Source: an uncultured Lachnospiraceae bacterium
Lineage (GTDB): Bacteria > Bacillota > Clostridia > Lachnospirales > Lachnospiraceae
Assembly (NCBI GenBank): GCA_910586755.1
Contig: CAJUJM010000070.1
Span: 2,782-66,781 of the forward strand
DNA length: 64,000 bases
Direction: 5' to 3'
Each line of letters starts with the position of its first letter. Positions within the stretch are counted from its first letter, which is position 1. Of the stretch, positions 36,688-46,229 are shown in pieces. The notes beneath the pieces are model-generated. The model had not been told where the DNA came from and searched no databases. It worked only from the letters and a program-made list of their open reading frames with translations. The position numbers were made by a program, and so were the translations under genes.

Positions 36688-38955
36688 ATGAGCATTTTAT
36701 TTAATGAGAAGGCGGGAATTTTTAAACTGGATGCTTTGGATACCAGCTACATCATCGGTATCTTTGATGAGGACAAGTTTGTTTCACATTTATATTATGG
36801 AAAAAAGATCTTAGATTCGGATGTTAATTATCTGTATGGTCCGTTATATCAGGTCCGTCCGTCGGCACTGCCGGGGCAGGCGGGGCGGATTATGGATGCG
36901 ATACCTTTTGAATATCCGACTTATGGCTGCGGGGATTACCGTGAACATTGTCTGGAGGTGGAAACCATTGACGGCTATCATGCCTGTGACCTGCGTTACG
37001 AATCCCATAAGATTTATCCGGGGAAACCACGTCTGGAAGGACTGCCGTCAACCTTTGAGAAAGAGGAAGGCGACTGCAATACATTGGAATTGGTATGCCG
37101 GGACAAGGTGCTGAATCTTAAGGTAACACTTTTGTATACCACGTTTGAACACATGAATGTTATTACCCGGGCGGCGATTATTATGAACGAAGACCAGAAG
37201 GATATTTATATAAAAAGAGTAATGTCCGGCTGTCTGGAATTTGATCACCAGAATTTTGATGTAATGACGCTTCATGGAAGCTGGGAGAGGGAATGTGGAC
37301 CGGTGCGTACCCCTCTGCGTCAGGGGAAGGTCACCACAGGAAGCACCAGAGGAGAGTCCGGACCGACAGACAATCCATTTCTGGCGGCGCTTTCTTTGGA
37401 TGCCACGGAAGATACCGGGGAAGTATTTGCCATGAATCTGGTGTATTCCGGGAATTTTCTCGGGGTTGCGGAAGGACATCATTTCCGGGGGTCCCGGCTT
37501 GTGATGGGAATCAATCCGGTCAATTTCAGCTGGAAGCTTCCCCAAGGCCAGTGTTTCACAGCGCCGGAAGTGGTGATGGTTTATTCTGACCGGGGGCTTG
37601 GTAAGATGAGCCGAACCTTTCATGATCTGTACAGAAGGCATTTGATCCGTGATGTTTATCCGGATGCTTTAAGGCCGGTTCTTATAAATAACTGGGAAGC
37701 AACCTATTTTGATTTCACCGTGGAAAAGCTGATGGGGATTGCAGCTGAGGCGGCCAAGTGCGGGATAGAATTATTTGTGCTGGATGACGGCTGGTTTGGG
37801 GACAGAAACGATGAGAGAAGAGGCTTGGGAGACTGGTTTGTCAATGAAGAGAAGGTGCCGGGAGGCATCGGCCGTCTCTCAAGGGAGATCAATCATCTTG
37901 GCATGAAATTTGGTTTGTGGATCGAGCCGGAGATGGTCAGCCCTGATTCTGATTTGTTCCGGGCACATCCGGATTGGGCCATCCAGATTCCGGGAAGACA
38001 CCGTTCCCTGTTCCGCCATCAATACGTTCTGGACTGGTCCAGAAAGGAAGTGCGGGATCATATCTATCGTATGATTTATCAGGTCTTATCCGGCTCCAAT
38101 GTTGAGTATATTAAGTGGGATATGAACCGTACTCTGACAGAGACGGCATCGGCGGCGCTTCCGGCAGATCGGCAGGGGGAGCTGTGCCACAGATATGTTC
38201 TGGGGGTATACGAGATCATGGGGAGACTACGGGAAGATTTCCCGTCCCTCTTGCTGGAGAACTGTTCTGCGGGAGGTTCCCGGTTTGATCCGGGTGTTCT
38301 CTATTATAGTCCTCAGATATGGGGATCCGACGATTCGGATGCTATAGAACGGATTAAGATAGAAATGGGCGCTTCCATGTGCTATCCCCTTTCAACGATA
38401 GGAGCCCATGTCAGTGCGGTGCCCAACCACCAGACCGGCAGGATTACCTCCCTTGAGACAAGAGGATATGTGGCCATGGCGGGAACCTTTGGATATGAGT
38501 TGGACCTTGCCCGGATCAGTGAGAATGAGAAAGAGGTTATCCGCAGACAGGTAGATATCTATCATAAATACTACTGGCTTGTAAAGGAAGGAGATCTTTA
38601 CCGGATAGAAGATTCTTTCGGAAATCCGGATTATGCATGCTGGATGGTGGTATCTAAGGATAAAAAGGAAGCGCTGCTGACTTATATTCAGATACACGCA
38701 TTGCCGGGATATTTTGGTGCGGCGAGAAAATTGAGGCTGAAAGGATTGCTGGAGGAAACCCTATATGAAACTACAGTCATTTCTGTATCCGCAGAGGTCA
38801 GAAATGAAGAAGCGCATCTGGAAGGAGCGGATGGTATGGAAAAGACCTATGAGACCCTTGAGCTGACCGGATCGGCGCTGATGAATGCAGGGTACTGGAT
38901 GGATCGCTTGAGAGGCGATTATATGGGGATGATGTTTCATCTGAAAGCAAAATAA
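36688..38955 (+). CDS. Alpha-galactosidase, GH36
   Basis: 755 aa with GH36 hallmarks KWDMNR and CSAGGSRFD, and family-typical N-terminal and TIM-barrel architecture. Confidence 0.88.
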   Translation: MSILFNEKAGIFKLDALDTSYIIGIFDEDKFVSHLYYGKKILDSDVNYLYGPLYQVRPSALPGQAGRIMDAIPFEYPTYGCGDYREHCLEVETIDGYHACDLRYESHKIYPGKPRLEGLPSTFEKEEGDCNTLELVCRDKVLNLKVTLLYTTFEHMNVITRAAIIMNEDQKDIYIKRVMSGCLEFDHQNFDVMTLHGSWERECGPVRTPLRQGKVTTGSTRGESGPTDNPFLAALSLDATEDTGEVFAMNLVYSGNFLGVAEGHHFRGSRLVMGINPVNFSWKLPQGQCFTAPEVVMVYSDRGLGKMSRTFHDLYRRHLIRDVYPDALRPVLINNWEATYFDFTVEKLMGIAAEAAKCGIELFVLDDGWFGDRNDERRGLGDWFVNEEKVPGGIGRLSREINHLGMKFGLWIEPEMVSPDSDLFRAHPDWAIQIPGRHRSLFRHQYVLDWSRKEVRDHIYRMIYQVLSGSNVEYIKWDMNRTLTETASAALPADRQGELCHRYVLGVYEIMGRLREDFPSLLLENCSAGGSRFDPGVLYYSPQIWGSDDSDAIERIKIEMGASMCYPLSTIGAHVSAVPNHQTGRITSLETRGYVAMAGTFGYELDLARISENEKEVIRRQVDIYHKYYWLVKEGDLYRIEDSFGNPDYACWMVVSKDKKEALLTYIQIHALPGYFGAARKLRLKGLLEETLYETTVISVSAEVRNEEAHLEGADGMEKTYETLELTGSALMNAGYWMDRLRGDYMGMMFHLKAK

Positions 38956-38964
38956 GGAAAAGAA

Positions 38965-38996
38965 TCGGGTGCGGACTGCCGCACCCGAAATTTTTT
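38965..38996 (+). terminator. Intrinsic terminator after the GH36 gene
   Basis: TCGGGTGCGG (38965-38974) pairs with CCGCACCCGA (38979-38988), followed by AA and T6. Confidence 0.85.
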
Positions 38997-39013
38997 GTAA
39001 CAGCTTGTAACCG

Positions 39014-39048
39014 TTCAGACCGGGGCTTCTTGCCCGGAACCGTCTGAA
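39014..39048. repeat. Short copy of the TTCAGAC..GTCTGAA-bounded repeat (family 2)
   Basis: TTCAGACCGGGGCTTCTTGCCCGG...CCGTCTGAA shares its termini and 5' interior with the longer element at 49137-49272. It lies between the convergent GH36 and pckA genes. Confidence 0.55.
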
Positions 39049-39062
39049 ACAGTTATCAGGGA

Positions 39063-40667
39063 TTATAACTGAGGACCAGCCGGAACTAAAGCCTTACCAG
39101 CGTCGTTACCCTCATATTTAGAGAAGTTCTTAATGAATCTCTGAGCTAAATCCTTTGCCTTTTCTTCCCATTCAGCAGCATCTGCATAGGTATCCCGAGG
39201 ATCCAGAATGTTGGTGTCAACGCCCGGAAGCTGGGTGGGAATGTCAAAGTTAAAGTAAGGAAGCTTCTTGGTAGGAGCATCTAAAATGTCGCCGTTTAAA
39301 ATAGCGTCGATGATGCCGCGGGTATCACGGATGGAGATACGCTTGCCGGTACCATTCCAGCCGGTGTTTACTAAGTATGCCTTAGCGCCGCTTACTTCCA
39401 TCTTCTTAACTAATTCCTCAGCGTACTTGGTAGGATGAAGCTCTAAGAATGCCTGGCCAAAGCAAGCGGAGAAGGTGGGAGTCGGCTCGGTAATGCCGCG
39501 CTCGGTACCTGCTAACTTAGCGGTAAATCCGGATAAGAAGTAGTACTGAGTCTGCTCAGGAGTTAAAACAGATACAGGCGGAAGTACGCCAAATGCATCT
39601 GCGGAAAGGAAGATTACATTCTTGGCAGCCGGAGCAGCGGAAACCGGACGAACAATCTTCTCAATGTGATCAATGGGGTAGGATACACGGGTATTCTCGG
39701 TAACGCTCTTGTCATTAAAATCGATCTTGCCGTCAGCGTCTAAGGTAACATTCTCTAACAGAGCATTGCGCTTAATTGCGTTGTAGATATCCGGCTCGGA
39801 TTCCTTGTCCAGGTTGATAACCTTTGCATAGCAGCCGCCCTCAAAGTTAAATACGCCATTGTCATCCCAGCCGTGCTCGTCATCACCGATTAACAGACGC
39901 TTGGGATCGGTGGAAAGGGTGGTTTTGCCGGTGCCGGACAGACCGAAGAAGATAGCGGTGTTCTCTCCGTTCATATCGGTGTTTGCAGAGCAGTGCATGG
40001 AAGCGATGCCCTTTAACGGCAGGTAGTAGTTCATCATGGAAAACATACCCTTCTTCATCTCGCCGCCGTACCAGGTATTTACAATAACCTGCTCACGGGT
40101 AGAAATGTTGAACATAGCGGCAGTTTCGGAATTTAAGCCCAGCTCTTTGTAGTTCTCAACCTTTGCCTTGGAAGCGTTGTAAACAACGAAATCCGGCTCA
40201 AAGTTCTTTAATTCGTCCTCAGTAGGCTGAATGAACATGTTCTTTACGAAATGAGCCTGCCAGGCAACTTCCACAATAAAGCGGATTGCCATACGGGTGT
40301 CTTTGTTTGCGCCGCAGAATGCATCTACTACGAATAATCTCTTGTTGGACAGCTCTTTTAACGCAATATCTTTAACAGCGTCCCAAGCTTCCTGGGAAGC
40401 CGGATGGTTGTCGTTCTTATACTCGTCAGAAGTCCACCATACAGTGTCCTTAGAGTTCTCATCCATAACGATGAATTTGTCTTTGGGAGAACGGCCGGTG
40501 TAGATACCAGTCATAACGTTGACTGCGCCCAGCTCGCTGACCTGGCCCTTTTCAAAGCCTTCCAGTTCCGGCTTGGTCTCTTCCTCAAATAACAGATCGT
40601 AAGAAGGATTATACACGATCTCTGTGGTTCCGGTAATGCCGTACTTGCTTAAATTAATGTCTGCCAT
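39063..40667 (-). CDS. pckA: Phosphoenolpyruvate carboxykinase (ATP)
   Basis: 534 aa with the kinase-1a loop [13 protein letters not shown] and family-wide conservation throughout. Confidence 0.95.
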   Translation of the reverse strand: MADINLSKYGITGTTEIVYNPSYDLLFEEETKPELEGFEKGQVSELGAVNVMTGIYTGRSPKDKFIVMDENSKDTVWWTSDEYKNDNHPASQEAWDAVKDIALKELSNKRLFVVDAFCGANKDTRMAIRFIVEVAWQAHFVKNMFIQPTEDELKNFEPDFVVYNASKAKVENYKELGLNSETAAMFNISTREQVIVNTWYGGEMKKGMFSMMNYYLPLKGIASMHCSANTDMNGENTAIFFGLSGTGKTTLSTDPKRLLIGDDEHGWDDNGVFNFEGGCYAKVINLDKESEPDIYNAIKRNALLENVTLDADGKIDFNDKSVTENTRVSYPIDHIEKIVRPVSAAPAAKNVIFLSADAFGVLPPVSVLTPEQTQYYFLSGFTAKLAGTERGITEPTPTFSACFGQAFLELHPTKYAEELVKKMEVSGAKAYLVNTGWNGTGKRISIRDTRGIIDAILNGDILDAPTKKLPYFNFDIPTQLPGVDTNILDPRDTYADAAEWEEKAKDLAQRFIKNFSKYEGNDAGKALVPAGPQL

Positions 40668-40907
40668 AATTCCTTTACCTCTCTTCTTTTATAGTGATAA
40701 TAACTGTCGGCAACTGCACGATCTACCCGAAGCAATCGAAAACCGATTCTTCTTAATTGTATTATACATCAAACCATAATAAAAGCAATAAAAAAGTTTT
40801 ATTTTTAACAAACTTTTTTAACGCCATATTTATACAAAGGTTTCCGGCTTTGAGCCAGACCTTTCCAGAAAAAGAAATCCCGCCATATTGTATAAAAAAA
40901 TTAATAA

Positions 40908-40916
40908 TGCTATAAT
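40908..40916 (+). promoter_or_regulatory. Extended -10 promoter element upstream of hflK
   Basis: TGCTATAAT at 40908-40916, about 50 nt upstream of the AAAGGAGG RBS. Confidence 0.5.
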
Positions 40917-40967
40917 GATTAGATTACTTTAAGAATCGCAGCCACACAGGACAAAAGGAGGAACAGA

Positions 40968-42281
40968 ATGGATTTCCTGATACTGATTATCATTATTTTG
41001 ATTGTGGTAAGCCAAAACCGGGAACTGGACATTCCAGGGCGGCTGAAAGGCTTTTTTGAAAAAAACAGAAGAGCTCCGGGAACAGACGGAATGCGTCCGG
41101 ATGCGGATTACAGCAATGTGCCGCCTCCAGGGGGACAGGAACCGGAAAGACAAAAGTTTTGGCATCATACATCACCACAGGAAGGAAGCAAAAATATGGA
41201 AGAGAATGGAAATAAACCTAAGAAAAAAGGAGCGGCGGTCCGCATTGCAGGTCTGGTTTGCGTCCTGGCAATCGCGGCAGTCTGCGCCATGGACTCCTTT
41301 TATATGCTAAATGAAAATACTTATGCAGTAGTTACCACCTTTGGAAGCCCTTCCGTCACCACCACGGCAGGCCTTCATTTTAAGGTGCCTTTTATTCAAA
41401 GGGTGCACAAGATTACCAAAAATATTATGGGTATGCCCATCGGCTATGCGGTGGAGGATGCAAACGACCCTACTGTGGACGAAAATTACCCGGCCACCAT
41501 ATTAAAAGAATCAGAGATGATTACAAAAGACTTTAACTTCGTAGATGTGGATTTTTATATTGAATATCAGGTGGTAGATCCTATCCAGGCCTTTGTCCAT
41601 GCGGATACTTACCAGGAGATTATTAAAAACCTGGCTCAATCCTATATTCGCGACACAGTAGGCACCTACAATGTAGATGACGTTATTACCACAGGAAAGA
41701 GCGAGATTCAGTCCAAAGTAAAGGAAAAACTGTCGAATCGCCTGGAAGAGGAAAATATCGGCTATGGTATCTACAATGTCACCATCCAGGACGCCCAGCC
41801 GCCTACCGCAGAAGTAACCAATGCCTTTAAGGCCGTGGAGGACGCCAAGCAGGGAATGGATACGGCCATCAACCAGGCAAAGAAATATCAGTCTGAACAG
41901 ATCCCCACCGCCAATGCTAGGGCGGATAAAGCCATCCAGGATGCGGAAGCTTACAAGCAGGAAAAGATTAACGAGGCCACCGGCCAGGCGGCCCGCTTTA
42001 ATGATTTGTATCAGGAATACAGCAAATATCCCCTGATTACCAAAAAGCGGATGTTCTATGAGGCAATGGAAGAGATCTTGCCGGATCTGAAAGTAATTAT
42101 TAATTCCTCAGACGGAACTCAGACCCTGCTTCCCTTGGAGTCCTTTACCAGCGCAGGAACAGGCGGCGGAACGGGAAGTCTTGCTGGCGGCCCGGCTCCC
42201 CAGGCCGCTCCTGTCAGCCAGCCGGCAGAAGAAACCCAGGCGGATACTGAAGAAGGCAGAATGGAGGACGTTGAAATATGA
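40968..42281 (+). CDS. hflK: SPFH/band-7 protein, HflK-like
   Basis: 437 aa. A strong RBS (AAAGGAGG) precedes ATG 40968. It has a TM, an SPFH domain and a coiled C-terminus. An alternative internal start (MEENGNK, near 41196) is less well supported. Confidence 0.75.
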   Translation: MDFLILIIIILIVVSQNRELDIPGRLKGFFEKNRRAPGTDGMRPDADYSNVPPPGGQEPERQKFWHHTSPQEGSKNMEENGNKPKKKGAAVRIAGLVCVLAIAAVCAMDSFYMLNENTYAVVTTFGSPSVTTTAGLHFKVPFIQRVHKITKNIMGMPIGYAVEDANDPTVDENYPATILKESEMITKDFNFVDVDFYIEYQVVDPIQAFVHADTYQEIIKNLAQSYIRDTVGTYNVDDVITTGKSEIQSKVKEKLSNRLEEENIGYGIYNVTIQDAQPPTAEVTNAFKAVEDAKQGMDTAINQAKKYQSEQIPTANARADKAIQDAEAYKQEKINEATGQAARFNDLYQEYSKYPLITKKRMFYEAMEEILPDLKVIINSSDGTQTLLPLESFTSAGTGGGTGSLAGGPAPQAAPVSQPAEETQADTEEGRMEDVEI

Positions 42282-43165
42282 AGAGAACAATAAAGTGGAC
42301 ATTACTTCCGTTATTTTTAATAGCAGCCGTTATCCTGCTGGCCTCCAGCATGGTAACCACCACCGCCAGGGAATATAAGCTGATCACCCAGTTTGGAAAA
42401 GTGGTTCGGATCAGCTCTGAACCGGGCTTAAGTTTTAAGATCCCTTTTATCCAGGAAGTGCAGAGTGTTCCCAAATATAAGATGATTTCCGATCTGGTGC
42501 CCAGCGATGTTACCACCAAGGATAAAAAGGTTATGACTGTGGACAGCTTTGTTATCTGGGATATTTCAGATCCTTTAAAATATCTGACCACCTTAAATGC
42601 CAATAAAGAAAACGCCGAGGTGCGTATCGGCAATGTGGTTTACAATTCCATTAAAAACGTGCTGGCCGCCACCAACCAGGAAGATATTATTACCGGCCGG
42701 GACGGCAAACTGGCGCTGACAATTACGGAGAATATCGGCGGAGCCCTGGACAGCTACGGTATCCGCATCTATGCGGTGGAGACCAAAAAGCTGGATCTGC
42801 CTGACTCTAATAAAGAGAGCGTATACGCCCGAATGATTTCCGAGAGAAACAACATTGCCGCCGGTTACAAGGCGGACGGCGAGTATGAGTCCAAGCTGAT
42901 TATGAACAAGACTGACCGTACGGTAAGGGAGACCGTTGCCAAAGCGGACGCGGATGCGGAAAAGATAAAGGCCGAAGGCGAGGCTGAGTACATGCGGATC
43001 CTGTCTGAAGCCTATAACGACGAGTCCAAGGCGGATTTTTATAACTTTGTCCGTTCTCTGGATGCCTTAAAAGCTTCCATGGTCGGTCAGAACAAAACTA
43101 TTGTTCTGGATTCGGACAGTGAACTGGCGCGGATTTTAAGCGGAAATAATTTTTCTGGATTTTAG
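42278..43165 (+). CDS. hflC: SPFH/band-7 protein, HflC-like
   Basis: 295 aa. ATGA overlap with hflK, an N-terminal TM and an SPFH domain. Confidence 0.8.
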   Translation: MKRTIKWTLLPLFLIAAVILLASSMVTTTAREYKLITQFGKVVRISSEPGLSFKIPFIQEVQSVPKYKMISDLVPSDVTTKDKKVMTVDSFVIWDISDPLKYLTTLNANKENAEVRIGNVVYNSIKNVLAATNQEDIITGRDGKLALTITENIGGALDSYGIRIYAVETKKLDLPDSNKESVYARMISERNNIAAGYKADGEYESKLIMNKTDRTVRETVAKADADAEKIKAEGEAEYMRILSEAYNDESKADFYNFVRSLDALKASMVGQNKTIVLDSDSELARILSGNNFSGF

Positions 43166-43236
43166 TGCGTTGATGTGCTATACTCTTGAGCAAGCAGTGC
43201 ATTTGCCCCAGAACCCTGCAAAGGAGGAAACTGAAA

Positions 43237-44976
43237 TTGAGTGAAAAGAAGATTATGTTAGGAAATGAAGCCTATGCCAGAGGCGCATGGGAAGCTGGAG
43301 TGAAAGTATCCGCCGCTTACCCGGGAACTCCCAGCACAGAGATCAGTGAGAATTTAGCCAAATACAGCGAAGTTTACGCTGAGTGGTCTCCCAATGAAAA
43401 GGTAGCTGCAGAGGTGGCCATCGGCGCATCCATCAGCGGTGTCCGGGCTTTGGCTTCTATGAAGCATGTAGGATTAAACGTAGCGGCGGATCCCTTATAT
43501 ACTGCCGCATATACTGGAGTGGGCGGCGGTCTGGTATTGATTGTAGCCGACGATCCGGGTATGTACAGCTCCCAGAATGAGCAGGATACCCGCATGATTG
43601 GCCACGCCGCCAATGTGCCGGTATTAGAACCTTCTGACAGCCAGGAGGCCAAGGATTTTGTGAAGCTGGCCTATGACATCAGCGAGAAGTATGATACCCC
43701 GGTAATTGTCCGCAGCACCACCAGGCTGTCCCACTCTCAGGGCGTGGTAACTCTGGAAGAACGGGTGGTTCCGGAGGATAAGCCCTATGAGAGAAATCCG
43801 GCCAAGTACGTGATGATGCCCGGCAACGCCAAAGGCCGCCATCTGGTGGTGGAGGCCAGAATGAAAAAGCTTTCTGAGGATGCTTCCTCCCTGCCTTTCA
43901 ACCGGGCAGAGTACAGAGATTTGTCAGTAGGCTTTATCACCAGCGGAATTCCCTATCAGTATGTAAAGGAGGCAATGCCAAATGCGTCCGTTTTAAAGCT
44001 GGGAATGGTTCATCCTCTTCCCAGAAAGCTTATTGAGGAATTTGCCTCCAAAGTGGACGAACTCTACATTTTTGAGGAATTAGAGCCGGTATTTGAGGAA
44101 CAGATAAAGTCCTGGGGAATCAAGGCCCAGGGCAAGGAGATTTTTACCCTTCAGGGCGAATACAGCGCCAATTTAATCCGTACCCGGGTACTGGGCGAGA
44201 CCATCAAGGCTGCCGAACCGGCCAAGGTTCCGGCAAGACCGCCGATTCTTTGCCCCGGATGTCCCCACAGAAGCGTGTATTCTGTATTGAACCGTCTGAA
44301 AATTCACGCTGCCGGTGACATTGGCTGCTACACGTTAGGCGCGGTAGCACCCCTAAATGTTGTGGATACCACCATCTGTATGGGAGCCAGCATTTCCTCC
44401 TTACACGGCATGGAAAAGGCAAAAGGAAGGGAATATATTAAAAACTGGGTAGCCGTTATCGGCGATTCCACCTTTTTACATACCGGCATCAATTCCCTGA
44501 TGAATATGGTTTACAACAAGTCTGCCGGAACCGTAATGATTTTGGACAACTCCACCACCGGTATGACCGGCCATCAGGATCACGCCGCTACCGGTAAAAC
44601 TTTAAAAGGCGAAACAACCTATGCTATCAGCCTGTATCATCTGTGCAAGGCCATGGGCATTGAACATGTATACGAAGTGAATGCCTTTGACATAGATGCC
44701 TTGGCAGAGATTGTCAAAAGGGAAACAGCAAGGGATCAGGTTTCCGTCATCATCACCAAGTCCCCCTGTGTACTGTTAAAAGGAGTGACCTTTGAGAATA
44801 AGTGCCGGGAAGTTTCCGACAAATGCAAAAAGTGCGGCCAGTGTTTAAAGCCCGGCTGTCCCGCGCTGACGAAAAATGCAGACGGAACCATCAAAATCAA
44901 CGCCGCTATGTGCAATGGCTGCGGCCTTTGCAGAAAGCTGTGTAAGTTTGATGCCATTGAGGAGGTAAAAGCGTGA
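43237..44976 (+). CDS. iorA: Indolepyruvate:ferredoxin oxidoreductase, alpha subunit
   Basis: An extended -10 (TGCTATACT, 43176-43184) argues against the track start at 43186. AGGAGGA (43222-43228) precedes TTG 43237, and ATG 43255 is an alternative start. It has a TPP-binding domain and two C-terminal 4Fe-4S Cys clusters. Confidence 0.85.
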   Translation: MSEKKIMLGNEAYARGAWEAGVKVSAAYPGTPSTEISENLAKYSEVYAEWSPNEKVAAEVAIGASISGVRALASMKHVGLNVAADPLYTAAYTGVGGGLVLIVADDPGMYSSQNEQDTRMIGHAANVPVLEPSDSQEAKDFVKLAYDISEKYDTPVIVRSTTRLSHSQGVVTLEERVVPEDKPYERNPAKYVMMPGNAKGRHLVVEARMKKLSEDASSLPFNRAEYRDLSVGFITSGIPYQYVKEAMPNASVLKLGMVHPLPRKLIEEFASKVDELYIFEELEPVFEEQIKSWGIKAQGKEIFTLQGEYSANLIRTRVLGETIKAAEPAKVPARPPILCPGCPHRSVYSVLNRLKIHAAGDIGCYTLGAVAPLNVVDTTICMGASISSLHGMEKAKGREYIKNWVAVIGDSTFLHTGINSLMNMVYNKSAGTVMILDNSTTGMTGHQDHAATGKTLKGETTYAISLYHLCKAMGIEHVYEVNAFDIDALAEIVKRETARDQVSVIITKSPCVLLKGVTFENKCREVSDKCKKCGQCLKPGCPALTKNADGTIKINAAMCNGCGLCRKLCKFDAIEEVKA

Positions 44977-45542
44977 TGACAAAGAATATTATGATTGTAG
45001 GCGTAGGCGGCCAGGGAACCTTGCTTACCAGCCGGATTTTAGGCGGCATCGCCACGGCAGGCGGCTATGATGTAAAACTTTCTGAGGTGCACGGTATGGC
45101 TCAGAGAGGGGGCAGTGTGGTAACCTTTGTCCGTTACGGCGAAGAAGTGGCAGAACCTATTGTAGAAGAGGGCCAGGCAGATGTGCTCATCGCCTTTGAG
45201 CGGCTGGAAGCTCTTCGGTATATTCAGTTTTTAAAGCCTCAGGGAGTGATTGTGGTAAATGATGAGCGTATTGATCCCATTACGGTGGTAACCGGAGCAG
45301 CAGAGTACCCGGAAGGAATTTTAGATACCTTAAAAGAAGGCCATACCGTCTATTCCGTAGAGGCCGGAAAGAAGGCATTAGAACTTGGCAACAGCCGTAC
45401 CTTTAATGTGATTGTGCTGGGGGTTGCTGCAAAACATATGGATTTTGCCAAGGAGCAGTGGCTGGAGGTTATTGAAAAGACTGTCCCGCCCAAGACGGTA
45501 GAATTAAATAAAAAGGCATTTTTGCTGGGATATGAGATGTGA
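44973..45542 (+). CDS. iorB: Indolepyruvate:ferredoxin oxidoreductase, beta subunit
   Basis: 189 aa with the N-terminal nucleotide-type loop IVGVGGQGT. It overlaps the iorA stop. Confidence 0.85.
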   Translation: MMTKNIMIVGVGGQGTLLTSRILGGIATAGGYDVKLSEVHGMAQRGGSVVTFVRYGEEVAEPIVEEGQADVLIAFERLEALRYIQFLKPQGVIVVNDERIDPITVVTGAAEYPEGILDTLKEGHTVYSVEAGKKALELGNSRTFNVIVLGVAAKHMDFAKEQWLEVIEKTVPPKTVELNKKAFLLGYEM

Positions 45543-45587
45543 TTGGTTAAGGGAAAGCTGAAAAGCTGAAAAAGATTCCGAAAAAAG

Positions 45588-45615
45588 TTGACTATTTTCA
45601 GAATTATGGTATTAT
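45588..45615 (+). promoter_or_regulatory. Promoter of the toxI-like RNA / toxN-like gene
   Basis: TTGACT (45588-45593), a 16-nt spacer, then extended -10 TGgTATTAT (45607-45615). Confidence 0.65.
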
Positions 45616-45620
45616 ACTAT

Positions 45621-45716
45621 TAGTGGTGAGTCCTACCACAAAGTGGACTGCTAAAAGCGTTAGCAACTCTAATGGAGTTACTACACAAATGGCTATGCGG
45701 AAACGTATAGCCATTT
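45621..45716 (+). ncRNA. Candidate type III antitoxin RNA (about two degenerate 48-nt repeats ending in a terminator)
   Basis: Unit 1 (45621-45668) and unit 2 (45669-45716) share TAnTGG..AGT..CTAC.CACAAA..TGG followed by a hairpin. The unit 1 hairpin is TGCTAA/TTAGCA. The unit 2 hairpin is AAATGGCTAT (45687-45696) paired with ATAGCCATTT (45707-45716), around a GAAA-type loop and followed by a T-run. The position between promoter and toxin gene matches toxIN/antiQ-abiQ architecture. Confidence 0.45.
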
Positions 45717-45731
45717 TTCATGAGGAGATAT

Positions 45732-46229
45732 ATGCAGACGGGTTTTAAACTATACAAAGTGGATATGAAATATATCCGTAATCTACATAATATAGATGAT
45801 AAAGTGCTTTCTGTTTCACCGCAGGCAGGAAAGGATAACAGGGTTTTCATAGGAATTGTTATTGTCTGTGGAAGCCACAAATACTGCATACCGCTTTCAT
45901 CGCCAAAAGAAAAGCATAAGAAGATGAAAAACTCTATGGATTTTTCCAAGATTGAAATAAATGGAAAATTATTAGGTGTTTTAAAATTTAATCTGATGAT
46001 ACCCATTGAAGATGAACAAGTACGGCATGTTGATACAACCATATTCAAGAGAGACAGGGAAAACATCAGGTATTACAAGAAAGAGGGGCACAAAATAAAC
46101 CTCTCTTTATGTTGCATAAATAATATTCATTTTTTACGGGAGATTGACAATGGAAAAGGTAATTGCAATCATAATTTGCTTTGCACTTTCAATGCTATTG
46201 ACAGGTTGCGAGAAAACGCCTGTATCTGA
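45732..46229 (+). CDS. Type III toxin-antitoxin system toxin, ToxN/AbiQ-like endoribonuclease
   Basis: 165 aa from ATG 45732 (GAGGAG RBS). GFKLYKVDMKYIRNL...FIGIV...HKYCIPLSSPKEKHKKM...LGVLKFNLMIPI matches my recollection of the ToxN/AbiQ family pattern. The gene is AT-rich. The last 80 nt overlap the next gene, and the C-terminal 40 aa look atypical. Confidence 0.55.
   Translation: MQTGFKLYKVDMKYIRNLHNIDDKVLSVSPQAGKDNRVFIGIVIVCGSHKYCIPLSSPKEKHKKMKNSMDFSKIEINGKLLGVLKFNLMIPIEDEQVRHVDTTIFKRDRENIRYYKKEGHKINLSLCCINNIHFLREIDNGKGNCNHNLLCTFNAIDRLRENACI

Noticed and set aside
40668-40967. CcpA cre site in the pckA / hflK divergent region
   Set aside because: The best candidate, TCGAAAACCGATTC (near 40735), lacks the TG...CA ends of the cre consensus, so I am not calling it.
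43186-43236. TTG 43186 as the iorA start
   Set aside because: An extended -10 promoter (43176-43184) overlaps it, and the RBS AGGAGGA (43222-43228) lies downstream. The start at 43237 or 43255 fits IorA N-termini.
45620-46066. 148-aa ORF on the minus strand opposite the toxI/toxN-like locus
   Set aside because: It has no RBS and a low-complexity, Cys/Phe/Ile-rich composition arising from AT-rich antisense sequence. The plus-strand ORF has the family-like motifs.
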